NCBI RefSeq assembly: GCF_000010065.1
Contig: NC_006576.1
Span: 630,001-662,000 of the forward strand
Reading direction: 5' to 3'
Length of the DNA stretch: 32,000 nt
From: Synechococcus elongatus PCC 6301
GTDB lineage: Bacteria; Cyanobacteriota; Cyanobacteriia; Synechococcales; Synechococcaceae
Under the pieces are notes generated by a model. That model worked only from the letters and a program-made list of their open reading frames with translations. It had not been told where the DNA came from and ran no database searches. Below are positions 1 to 9,552 of the stretch, piece by piece (within the stretch, counting starts at the first letter, position 1; the number at the start of each line of letters is the position of its first letter). The translations under genes and the position numbers were made by a program.

Positions 1-1006
1 CATCTTTGAAGCTGACGGCTACCGTCCGACGATCAAAGTGCTGACACCCGCAGAGATTCGCATTCGCATCTCCTCGCTGAATTTCTACGATCTGCTGACG
101 CTGCTACCCCAGACTACAGAACGTCAACAAGCGGTGCTGGAAAAAGCAGTCAACAGCCTTCGCAAGCATAAAACCCTGCGCGATCGCTGGGATTTTGGCC
201 ACCTGATTGAAGCCGTCAAAGAGGCTGACACCACCGAGGACGACGAGGGCAATGAAGTCATGGGCCCTTCAGCTCAGTCTTTGAGTTGGCGCTTAGAGCG
301 GCTGCAGTCCTCGCCCTACTTCCACAGCTGGGAACATCTGATTCCCCGCGATCTATTTGAACCGGGGCAAGCCACGATCCTGCAGATGAATGAGATCCCG
401 CAGGAACAACAGCAGGTGATCTGCACGGTGATTCTGAACCAGAGCTATACCGCTCGCATCAATACGGTGCGGGGTGGCGCGACCGAAGGGGCAGAAGACC
501 ATTTGCCCTATCCAATCTTTGCCCTAGTCGAAGAAGCCCACCGCTTTGCCCCTGCCCATGAGCCCTCGCGCTGTAAGCAAATTCTGCGGACGGTGCTTAG
601 CGAAGGCCGGAAGTTTGGCTTTGGCATGGGGCTGATTACCCAGCGGCCTGGCAAAATCGATTCCGACATTCTTTCGCAGTGCATGAGCCAGTTCCTGATG
701 CGGATTGTCAACCCCGTCGATCAGGAGAGCCTCAAGCATGGCGTCGAAGCCGCAGGGCGCGATCTCTTACAGGAACTGCCCTCGCTCAGTCGCGGTCAGG
801 TAATCATCTCGGGTGCCTGCGTCAACACACCGGTTCTCTGCCAAGTGCGCACTCGCTACACCCAGCATGGTGGCGAAACGATGAATGCGCCCGAGGAATG
901 GCAAAAGCATTTCCAAGGGACTCAGGCCAAAGATCGCGAGATTGCGATCGCCCCAATCGCAAACCGACCGGTTGCTGTCCGGCGGCGTAATGTCACGATC
1001 GAATAG
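1..1006 (+). CDS. HerA/FtsK-like (COG0433, DUF87-type) P-loop ATPase, 5'-truncated by the window edge
   Basis: The reading frame is open from base 2 with no stop before the listed GTG at 38. A Walker B-like ALVEEAH motif and GLITQRPG (typical of HerA/FtsK-type ATPases) are present, but no Walker A is visible. The N-terminal half must therefore lie upstream of the window. Confidence 0.75.
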   Translation, partial: IFEADGYRPTIKVLTPAEIRIRISSLNFYDLLTLLPQTTERQQAVLEKAVNSLRKHKTLRDRWDFGHLIEAVKEADTTEDDEGNEVMGPSAQSLSWRLERLQSSPYFHSWEHLIPRDLFEPGQATILQMNEIPQEQQQVICTVILNQSYTARINTVRGGATEGAEDHLPYPIFALVEEAHRFAPAHEPSRCKQILRTVLSEGRKFGFGMGLITQRPGKIDSDILSQCMSQFLMRIVNPVDQESLKHGVEAAGRDLLQELPSLSRGQVIISGACVNTPVLCQVRTRYTQHGGETMNAPEEWQKHFQGTQAKDREIAIAPIANRPVAVRRRNVTIE

Positions 1007-1057
1007 ATTCGGTTATCTCGACTGCAGCGCGATCGCCCACAAGGTGAAGGAGTTTCC

Positions 1058-1063
1058 TATAAT
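1058..1063 (+). promoter_or_regulatory. Consensus -10 hexamer TATAAT upstream of ssrA
   Basis: A perfect TATAAT ends 12 nt before the mature tmRNA 5' end, which fits a short leader removed by RNase P. No good -35 element is seen. Confidence 0.4.
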
Positions 1064-1075
1064 GAGGGGACACAA

Positions 1076-1466
1076 GGGGCTGTAATGGTTTCGACGTGTT
1101 GGTGAATCCTTCACCGTGATTCAGGCCGAGAGGGAGTCCACTCTCGTAAATCCAGGCTCAACCAAAAGTAACTGCGAACAACATCGTTCCTTTCGCTCGT
1201 AAGGCTGCTCCTGTAGCTGCTTAAACGCCACAAACTTTCTGGCTCGAGCGTCTAGTCGTAGACTCCGTTAATACGCCTAGACTTAAACCCCCAACGGATG
1301 CTCGAGTGGCGGCCTCAGGTCCGTCCTCTCGCTAAGCAAAAACCTGAGCATCCCGCCAACGGGGATAATCGTTGGCTCCCGCACAGTGGGTCAACCGTGC
1401 TAAGCCTGTGAACGAGCGGAAAGTTACTAGTCAATGCGGACAGCGGTTCGATTCCGCTCAGCTCCA
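1076..1466 (+). ncRNA. ssrA: tmRNA (transfer-messenger RNA, SsrA)
   Basis: The 5' GGGGCTG pairs with the 3' CAGCTCC (1459-1465), including the G3:U alanine identity pair, followed by discriminator A. A T-arm GGTTCGATTCC is present. There is an internal tag ORF. CCA is not encoded, and a T-run follows the gene. Confidence 0.93.
1174..1224 (+). other. tmRNA tag-peptide reading frame (ANNIVPFARKAAPVAA, stop TAA)
   Basis: Direct translation of gcg aac aac atc gtt cct ttc gct cgt aag gct gct cct gta gct gct taa. It has a resume codon GCG (Ala) and a hydrophobic AA C-terminus typical of ClpXP/Tsp degradation tags. Confidence 0.85.
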
Positions 1467-1529
1467 TTTTTATTTGTTAGACGCCTTGTTGCGATTGCAG
1501 CAAGCTTTTCGTTTTTTCTGCGCAGCAGG

Positions 1530-2153
1530 ATGATGACGATTCAGCAGTGGCTAGCGCTGGGATTGGCCATGCTCTTCCTAGCTGCACTACCTAGCTTGAG
1601 TGTGCTCACAGTTGTCACTCGCTCTGCCAGCTTAGGACTATGGCATGGTGCACTCACGACCGTCGGGATTGTACTGGGCGACTGTCTGTGGATTCTGCTG
1701 GCCTTGGTTGGTCTAGAGCAAGTTGCCCAGCTTGAAGGATGGCTGCCACTCATTCGTGCGCTGAGCGCTAGCTATCTGATTGTTTTGGGTTGGCAATTAT
1801 GGCGATCGCGCGATCGCAAATCATCCCAATTATCCTTACGGGAGACATCCCAGCCCGCAAGTTTCTTGGCAGGACTTTTGTTAACCCTAGCGGATCAAAA
1901 AGCACTGCTGTTTTATCTCGGTTTTTTCCCTACATTTTTAAATCTTGAACGCATTGCTGCATCAGAGGTTGCTGGGATCATGGTGATTGCAATCGGGACG
2001 ATTGGGGGCGTCAAGCTGGCCTATGCTTGGCTAGCAGTGCAGGGGCAACAGCGCTTAATCGGTCGAAGTCAGCCCTGGTTACAAGCGATCGGGGCTGGTT
2101 TGTTGATCAGTATGGGCCTGCTACTTTGGCTACAGTTGATTACGGGACGATAA
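1530..2153 (+). CDS. LysE/RhtB-family amino-acid exporter
   Basis: A multi-pass hydrophobic protein of about 207 aa with a LysE-like N-terminus. The start is moved to ATGATG at 1530 because the track start at 1434 overlaps the tmRNA 3' end. Confidence 0.8.
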   Translation: MMTIQQWLALGLAMLFLAALPSLSVLTVVTRSASLGLWHGALTTVGIVLGDCLWILLALVGLEQVAQLEGWLPLIRALSASYLIVLGWQLWRSRDRKSSQLSLRETSQPASFLAGLLLTLADQKALLFYLGFFPTFLNLERIAASEVAGIMVIAIGTIGGVKLAYAWLAVQGQQRLIGRSQPWLQAIGAGLLISMGLLLWLQLITGR

Positions 2154-2228
2154 CATCTCGTTTACTTGTGGCCTCCTCCCTGCTGACTCAGCTCCAGAAT
2201 AGAAATCTTGTTGGAGCTAAAACAGGGC

Positions 2229-2732
2229 ATGATCAGTCCGTCCTATTGTCAGCAAATGGCTGCTTACAACCAGCACCTGAATCAACAGATCATCGCCGTC
2301 TGCCACACACTCTCCCAAGTAGAACTGGATCGCGATCGCGGGGCTTTTTTTGGATCGATTCAAGCCACTCTAAATCACCTATATTTCGGCGATCGCATCT
2401 GGCTGGGCCGCTTTCAGCGACAGCCCTATCACGCCCCCAACCTGGGTCACGAGCTATTTACCCAATTCGCCGAGTACTGTCAGGCTCGTCAAGACTGCGA
2501 TGATCAAATTCTGAGTTGGGCCCATGACCTTACGGATGATTGGCTCAGTCAAGATTTGGAGTACCACAGCCCGCTTTACCAGCAGACCATCATTCGTCCC
2601 CAGTGGTTTTTAGTAACCCACCTGTTTAACCACCAAACCCATCACCGCGGACAAATCACTACTTTGCTGAGTCAACTGGGGCTCGATGTAGGCGTCACCG
2701 ATCTGCCCTGGGTCGTATCACCCTTGCGATGA
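2229..2732 (+). CDS. DinB-family (DinB/YfiT-like four-helix bundle, metal-binding) protein
   Basis: His-triad style motifs are present: ATLNHLY and HLFNHQTHHRGQITTLL. ATG at 2229 is preferred over the TTG at 2208. Confidence 0.8.
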   Translation: MISPSYCQQMAAYNQHLNQQIIAVCHTLSQVELDRDRGAFFGSIQATLNHLYFGDRIWLGRFQRQPYHAPNLGHELFTQFAEYCQARQDCDDQILSWAHDLTDDWLSQDLEYHSPLYQQTIIRPQWFLVTHLFNHQTHHRGQITTLLSQLGLDVGVTDLPWVVSPLR

Positions 2733-2772
2733 GCTGCTGGGACGAAACGCGATCGCTTGACTCAAACCAAAC

Positions 2773-2991
2773 TCACAAATCGACAGAGGCCTGATAGCGA
2801 TCGCAGGCTACCAAACGATCACCGACATAGATTTCAATGAGTTCACACCCGAAGCTGGCACAAAGCTGCTGACGACGTTGCCAAAAGCAATGAGCCAGAT
2901 GAAAATCTAGGGCCATGACCGACAGTGTCTCGCCCAGAAGCTCGATTTCAGCGGTCTGCACAGCGCGTAGGAACAGATCGGATGGCATCAT
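2773..2991 (-). CDS. Small hypothetical protein (72 aa, 4 Cys)
   Basis: A stand-alone ORF in an otherwise empty gap between the DinB-family gene and the petH terminator, with an ATGATG start. I recognise no family, and coding status is uncertain. Confidence 0.4.
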   Translation of the reverse strand: MMPSDLFLRAVQTAEIELLGETLSVMALDFHLAHCFWQRRQQLCASFGCELIEIYVGDRLVACDRYQASVDL

Positions 2992-3106
2992 CGTTCGATC
3001 GTCTGATTTCGCTTAGATCTACGAGACTGCTCTCGCAACTTCAGCATTCTTAAGCAGATCTTCATGATTGAAGTGCAAACCAGCTGCGCGATCGCGACAA
3101 AGCCAC

Positions 3107-3138
3107 AAAAAAAGTGGACGCTTCCTCGAAGCATCCAC
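3107..3138 (-). terminator. Rho-independent terminator of petH
   Basis: On the minus strand: GTGGATGCTTC-GAG-GAAGCGTCCAC, an 11-bp stem with one G:U pair, followed by seven U. It lies about 40 nt after the petH stop. Confidence 0.7.
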
Positions 3139-3179
3139 TCACAACGCTCAGACTAGAGCGCGATCTTTACCAGGCTGAA

Positions 3180-4391
<1,212 letters not shown>

Positions 4392-4582
4392 TCAACTTCT
4401 CCGAACCTGTTCTTCAGAAGAGCTCCTGCAACCGGGGCGCACCCCGTCAGTGACCCAGCGTGAATCACAATGCGAAAAAGGCACAGCGTAGGCTGAAGTC
4501 ACTGTTCTCAGTGTAAGGGTGCAGGCTGCATAAGCTTACCCTGAGCCGCGATCGCCGGTTGTAGCGATTTCAGCGTTTCTTG

Positions 4583-4609
4583 TTGACTCCTCAGCCTGTC
4601 TGGTAAGAT
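4583..4609 (+). promoter_or_regulatory. Candidate prk promoter (TTGACT ... TGG-TAAGAT)
   Basis: TTGACT at 4583-4588 and an extended -10-like TGGTAAGAT ending at 4609. The spacer is only 15 nt, so this call is weak. It would give a leader of about 180 nt. Confidence 0.25.
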
Positions 4610-4795
4610 TCCGCATAAACGGATACAGTCCGCTTCGACTCGCCGGTATCGATCTCAACCGATAGTGACTACTGACTTGGGGGGTCAATGTCGGTCCGCC
4701 GTAGCGATGCTGTCTTAGAACAGCAAGCGGGCGTCCAGACGTGGCCTTGTGCCGGATGCTGACCCCATTATCTCGTCACTGTCTCGAGGGATCCT

Positions 4796-5797
4796 ATGAG
4801 CAAGCCAGATCGTGTTGTTTTGATCGGCGTTGCCGGTGACTCCGGTTGCGGCAAGTCAACCTTCCTAAATCGCCTTGCCGACTTGTTTGGTACGGAATTG
4901 ATGACGGTCATCTGCTTGGATGACTATCACAGTCTCGATCGCAAGGGCCGGAAGGAAGCAGGCGTAACGGCTTTGGATCCCCGCGCCAACAACTTTGACT
5001 TGATGTATGAACAGGTCAAGGCGTTGAAGAACGGCGAAACGATCATGAAGCCGATCTACAACCATGAAACCGGCTTGATCGATCCGCCCGAAAAAATCGA
5101 ACCCAATCGCATCATTGTGATCGAGGGTCTGCATCCGCTTTACGACGAGCGCGTGCGTGAACTGCTCGATTTCAGCGTTTACCTCGACATCGATGACGAA
5201 GTCAAAATCGCTTGGAAGATCCAACGCGATATGGCAGAACGCGGCCACTCCTACGAAGATGTCCTCGCCTCGATCGAAGCGCGCCGCCCTGACTTCAAGG
5301 CCTACATTGAGCCCCAGCGTGGCCATGCGGACATCGTCATCCGCGTCATGCCGACCCAGCTAATCCCCAATGACACCGAGCGCAAGGTGCTGCGGGTGCA
5401 GTTGATCCAACGGGAAGGCCGCGATGGTTTTGAGCCGGCTTACCTGTTCGACGAAGGTTCGACCATCCAGTGGACGCCCTGCGGTCGTAAGCTGACCTGC
5501 TCCTATCCGGGCATTCGCTTAGCCTACGGCCCTGACACCTACTACGGTCACGAAGTCTCAGTGCTTGAGGTCGACGGTCAGTTCGAGAACCTCGAAGAGA
5601 TGATCTACGTCGAGGGCCACCTCAGCAAGACCGACACGCAGTACTACGGTGAGTTGACCCACCTGCTGCTGCAGCACAAAGATTACCCGGGTTCGAACAA
5701 CGGCACGGGTCTGTTCCAAGTGCTGACCGGCCTGAAAATGCGGGCGGCCTATGAGCGTTTGACCTCCCAAGCAGCACCCGTCGCCGCTAGCGTCTAG
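4796..5797 (+). CDS. prk: Phosphoribulokinase
   Basis: P-loop GVAGDSGCGKST, followed by ICLDDYH and IEGLHP motifs. Its 333 aa length is typical of cyanobacterial/plant-type PRK. An SD-like GAGGG sits 6 nt upstream of the ATG. Confidence 0.97.
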   Translation: MSKPDRVVLIGVAGDSGCGKSTFLNRLADLFGTELMTVICLDDYHSLDRKGRKEAGVTALDPRANNFDLMYEQVKALKNGETIMKPIYNHETGLIDPPEKIEPNRIIVIEGLHPLYDERVRELLDFSVYLDIDDEVKIAWKIQRDMAERGHSYEDVLASIEARRPDFKAYIEPQRGHADIVIRVMPTQLIPNDTERKVLRVQLIQREGRDGFEPAYLFDEGSTIQWTPCGRKLTCSYPGIRLAYGPDTYYGHEVSVLEVDGQFENLEEMIYVEGHLSKTDTQYYGELTHLLLQHKDYPGSNNGTGLFQVLTGLKMRAAYERLTSQAAPVAASV

Positions 5798-5836
5798 GTT
5801 GCTCAGGTTTCACTTGTTTTCAGCTTGTTGACTCTA

Positions 5837-5866
5837 AGCTGCTCTCCTAGCGAGAGCAGCTTTTTT
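5837..5866 (+). terminator. Rho-independent terminator of prk
   Basis: AAGCTGCTCTC-CTAGC-GAGAGCAGCTT followed by a TTTTTT tract, 40 nt after the prk stop. Confidence 0.75.
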
Positions 5867-5908
5867 GTTGCTCAGGACTGACTGATGGCTGAGGTCTGCA
5901 ATCGCTCA

Positions 5909-8638
5909 TTAAGGGTGGGGATAGCGATCGCGCAACCAATGCAGTGCTTGCTGGCGAGCAGTGTCGTCGGTTCCGGCCAGCAATTGCCCATCTAGCACCG
6001 CAGCCTGCAGAGCTTCGAGAATCTGGCGGAATTGCGGGCCAGGTCGATAGCCCAGCTTTTTAAGATCGTGACCGCTCAGCGGCAGCACGAGCGGGAGCCA
6101 TTGCCAGAGATAGCGACTGATCACGCGGCGAGACGATCGCGGTAGAACAGCTGCCGCTAGGAGCAACGTGATTGGGTCATAGTTCGCCAGCTGACGATAG
6201 AGCTGACTGGGCAGTTGTGCAGTATCCAGCTGAGTGAGTTGGGCGATCGCGCAGGGCCATTGCTGGAGCCGTTGGATCACGTCCTGCGGGAGTTGCAAGC
6301 GTTGGGCGATCGGTCCTGGTTCTGGCAGGCTGGTCAGCAGACTTTGCAACCGCAACAGCCAAGGCAATATTGGCTTGAGCGAGGGATGGGCTTGCTGTTG
6401 CCAGCGTCGACTGAGGCGATCGCAGCAGCGGAGTTGGGCTTCTAGCGATCGCGTCCACCAGCAATCACTGTGCAGGCAGCGGAAAGCTTGCAAGGAGCCG
6501 AGTTCCCGCAGGGCGGGCAGCCAATATTTTGCCTCCAAAATCAGCTGCAGTTCAGCCCGCAGACGGGTTTGCAGCGCAGGCGTGACACCGTTTTCTCCTT
6601 GGGTGCGCTGATAGACGCCACTGTCGAGGGCATAGCGAATTTGTCGCCGCGTTTGTTCTTCGATCGCAAAGCCGAGACGTACCGCGAAGCGCACCGCCCG
6701 AAAAATGCGCGTCGGATCTTCGATGAAGCTGTTGACGTGGAGAACGCGCACCTGACGCGCTTCCAAATCAAGGCGTCCCCCAAAAAAGTCAAGAAGTTCG
6801 CCCGCGTGGGGTTCTGTCAGGCGAATGGCGAGAGCGTTAATTGTAAAGTCGCGCCGGTAGAGGTCTTGGCGGATCGAACTGGCTTCGACTTCTGGATTGG
6901 CGGCCGGATAGGGATAGAACTCCGTGCGAGCAGTGGCGATATCGACCCAGAGCGACTGAAACACCGGATCCTCGTGCCAGAGCAGGGCTGCTGTTTGAAA
7001 CCGTCCATGCACTTCTAACCGAGCTTGGGGATAGCGATCGCGCAGTAATTGGGCCAGCTCGACCCCTGCCGCCTCAGTGAGAGCGCGGTGAAAGCCATCG
7101 ACGACTAGGTCAATATCGCTAATCAATAGCGGTGCATCACTCGGAGCTAGGAAGAGATCGCGCACACCACCACCCACCAGATAGAGATGCCAGCCCCGTT
7201 CTTCGGCAAAGTGTGCCACAGTTTCCAGTAATTCCCATTGCGCCGGAATCAGACGCTGGTGCAGCCAATCTCGGGGTGTTCCGGGTAGCAAGCAAGCGGG
7301 AGCATGCAGAGAAGGTGTTTGGCGCTGTTGATCCTGATGGAGTTGGCGCAGTACATCGGTGCGAGTGACGATGCCCACTAGTTGATTGCGATCGAGTACT
7401 GGCAACCGGCCAATGTCGTAGGTGACCATTAGGTCTTCGATTTCCGGCAGACTCGTCTCCGGAGCGATCGTCTTGGGATGGAGGGTCATGTAGCCCTTGA
7501 CCGGTGCATGACCAAAGCCGTGGTGCAGCGCTAAATCCAAGTCGCGGCGGGAAATGATGCCGACCAGTTGATCCTGTTCGTCCACGACCGAAAGGCCGGA
7601 ATGACCGTAGCGCAGCAGAATCCGTTCCGCTTCCGCGATCGCAATTTCGGGGCGTACTGTCCGCACCGGCGAGGACATCAAATCGCGAGCCAGCAGCGGT
7701 GCTGGTAGTTGCTCTAAAACTGCCGCTCCGATCGCCTCCCAAGTCTCTGCGATCGCCGTACCGCGCCAATTCAGCGAAGCCGCACGGGCATGGCCACCGC
7801 CGCCCCACTGCCGGAAGGTCTGGCCAAGATCCGGCCCTTCAATCCGCGATCGCCCAATCACGGTCAAGCGGCGATCGTCGCTACCCTCAACGGGATAGTG
7901 AACACCCAGCAGCAGTAAATCCGCTTCCGTCAGCGCAAACAACTGAGCCGCCAGACTGGAGAGCCCCGTCAGATACCCCTCCACCGGCAGCAGCACCCGC
8001 GCCAAGGTCTTGCCCCGCCGTTCCTCCAGCTCCAACACTTCCAAGGACTGACTCAACAGCGCTTGCAGCGGCGCAGACAGTCCCGGCTCCACATATTCCC
8101 GCAGTACCCGTAGATTCGCGCCCTGAGTCATCAGCCAAGCCAAGGCTTGAGCATCGCGAGGCGTGCTTTGGTCGTAGCTGAGAGACCCCGTATCGACGTG
8201 AATGCCGAGGGCTAATACCGTCGCTTCCGCCGGTGCAAGTTGGGTCTGTGCGGCTTGCAACCGTTCACAGATTAGGGTCGCCGTTGCACCGACGGCTTCG
8301 ACTTGGCGATCGCTCGCGGCAACATCGCAGGGACTTTGCAAATGATGGTCGTAAACCGCGATCGCTTCGAGGTGCGGTAAGTCCAGCCATTCCGCCGCCT
8401 TGCCAAAGCGCAGCCGCTCTTGGGCATCCACCAAGTGGATCCGCCGCAGGCGCTGGGGATCGACCGATCGCCGCTCAATTAGTGGATACTCATCGCGATA
8501 GAGTGCCAAAAAGTCGCGCACCGCCGGATGAGCCCCACCTGTCAGCACAATGCGCGACCCCGGCAGCAGGCGACTGAGACCCACTGCAGCGCCCAACGTG
8601 TCAAAGTCGGCCGTGCCGTGACAGAGAATCAGATCCAT
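5909..8638 (-). CDS. Multidomain DHH/DHHA1 phosphoesterase + CBS pair + poly(A) polymerase/CCA-adding nucleotidyltransferase family protein
   Basis: N-terminal CHGTADFDTLGA, VYDHH and GGGGHARAAS (DHH/DHHA1). Two CBS-like repeats follow (ARDLMSSPVRTV..., VKGYMTLHPKTI...). Then come LYLVGGGVRDLFL, SDIDLVV and RRDFTINALA, the hallmarks of class II nucleotidyltransferases. Confidence 0.9.
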   Translation of the reverse strand: MDLILCHGTADFDTLGAAVGLSRLLPGSRIVLTGGAHPAVRDFLALYRDEYPLIERRSVDPQRLRRIHLVDAQERLRFGKAAEWLDLPHLEAIAVYDHHLQSPCDVAASDRQVEAVGATATLICERLQAAQTQLAPAEATVLALGIHVDTGSLSYDQSTPRDAQALAWLMTQGANLRVLREYVEPGLSAPLQALLSQSLEVLELEERRGKTLARVLLPVEGYLTGLSSLAAQLFALTEADLLLLGVHYPVEGSDDRRLTVIGRSRIEGPDLGQTFRQWGGGGHARAASLNWRGTAIAETWEAIGAAVLEQLPAPLLARDLMSSPVRTVRPEIAIAEAERILLRYGHSGLSVVDEQDQLVGIISRRDLDLALHHGFGHAPVKGYMTLHPKTIAPETSLPEIEDLMVTYDIGRLPVLDRNQLVGIVTRTDVLRQLHQDQQRQTPSLHAPACLLPGTPRDWLHQRLIPAQWELLETVAHFAEERGWHLYLVGGGVRDLFLAPSDAPLLISDIDLVVDGFHRALTEAAGVELAQLLRDRYPQARLEVHGRFQTAALLWHEDPVFQSLWVDIATARTEFYPYPAANPEVEASSIRQDLYRRDFTINALAIRLTEPHAGELLDFFGGRLDLEARQVRVLHVNSFIEDPTRIFRAVRFAVRLGFAIEEQTRRQIRYALDSGVYQRTQGENGVTPALQTRLRAELQLILEAKYWLPALRELGSLQAFRCLHSDCWWTRSLEAQLRCCDRLSRRWQQQAHPSLKPILPWLLRLQSLLTSLPEPGPIAQRLQLPQDVIQRLQQWPCAIAQLTQLDTAQLPSQLYRQLANYDPITLLLAAAVLPRSSRRVISRYLWQWLPLVLPLSGHDLKKLGYRPGPQFRQILEALQAAVLDGQLLAGTDDTARQQALHWLRDRYPHP

Positions 8639-8661
8639 GCAATGCCCTAGGCCACCCTTTC

Positions 8662-9552
8662 ATGCTCGCTGATTCTTCGCAGCCGTCGTCATTCCACCAC
8701 GTCACAGTACTCCAGCGGGAGTTGGTGGAAGGATTATTGCCCGATCGCGGCGGCTGGTTCTTGGATGCGACCTTGGGCGGCGGCGGCCATAGCGAGTTAT
8801 TGCTATCGGAGTGGCCCAACACGCAGGTGATCGGGCTCGATCGTGATCCAGCAGCGATCGCTGCCAGTCAAACCCGACTGCAGCTCTACAGCGATCGCGT
8901 GCAGTTTCAGCACGTCAACTTTGCCAACTATCAGCCGGGCGATCGCCGCTTTCAGGGAATCATGGCTGACCTTGGTGTTAGTTCGCCGCAGCTGGATGAG
9001 GCCGAGCGGGGTTTTAGTTTCCGGCAGGATGCGCCGCTGGATATGCGGATGGATCCCACGGCGGAATTGACCGCAGCCGCGATCGTTAACGAATGGGACG
9101 AAACCGATCTCGCCAATTTGATTTATCAGTACGGTGAAGAGCGGCTGTCGCGCCGGATTGCTCGCCGCATCGTCGAGCAGCGTCCTTTTGAGCGCACGCT
9201 GGAACTATCAGAAGCGATCGCTGGAGCCGTGCCGCGCAGCTATCGCTATGGCCGCATTCATCCGGCGACCCGCACGTTCCAAGCACTGCGGATTGCCGTC
9301 AATGGCGAACTCGATGCCCTGCAAACCTTCCTCGATCGCGCCCCCGATTGGCTGGCACCGGGCGGCCGTATTGCTCTGATCAGCTTCCACAGCTTGGAAG
9401 ACCGGATTATCAAACACGCCCTGCGCGGTGACGATCGCCTGACCGTGATTACCCGCAAGCCACTCTTACCCAGCGAGGCGGAGATTGAGTCCAACCCGCG
9501 ATCGCGATCGGCTAAGTTGCGGATTGCCGAACGAGTCTTGCCGGAGTCCTAG
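8662..9552 (+). CDS. rsmH: 16S rRNA (cytosine1402-N4)-methyltransferase
   Basis: HVTVLQRE, FLDATLGGGGHS, DLGVSSPQLD and SFHSLEDR motifs of the MraW/RsmH family. Confidence 0.95.
   Translation: MLADSSQPSSFHHVTVLQRELVEGLLPDRGGWFLDATLGGGGHSELLLSEWPNTQVIGLDRDPAAIAASQTRLQLYSDRVQFQHVNFANYQPGDRRFQGIMADLGVSSPQLDEAERGFSFRQDAPLDMRMDPTAELTAAAIVNEWDETDLANLIYQYGEERLSRRIARRIVEQRPFERTLELSEAIAGAVPRSYRYGRIHPATRTFQALRIAVNGELDALQTFLDRAPDWLAPGGRIALISFHSLEDRIIKHALRGDDRLTVITRKPLLPSEAEIESNPRSRSAKLRIAERVLPES

Noticed and set aside
1434-1529. The N-terminal 32 codons of the 239-aa track ORF (start 1434), which would extend the LysE-family gene.
   Set aside because: This part overlaps the 3' acceptor and T-arm of the tmRNA (ending at 1466) and its T-run. 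The hydrophobic LysE-like sequence begins only at the ATGATG at 1530.
2027-2503. A 158-aa ORF spanning the LysE 3' end and the DinB 5' half.
   Set aside because: It lies out of frame over two genes that have clear family signatures. Its translation is Ser/Arg/Leu-rich and featureless.
1467-3179. A possible genomic island integrated at the tmRNA 3' end (LysE, DinB and small ORF).
   Set aside because: There is no integrase and no downstream duplicate of the tmRNA 3' end (GGTTCGATTCCGCTCAGCTCCA) that I could find. HIP1 sites and composition match the rest of the window.
4584-4596. TGACTCCTCAGCC, resembling the conserved ACUCCUCACAC core of the cyanobacterial sRNA Yfr1.
   Set aside because: The match covers only 8 of 11 nt. 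There are no flanking stem-loops or terminator, and it overlaps the candidate -35 of prk. It is most likely coincidental.
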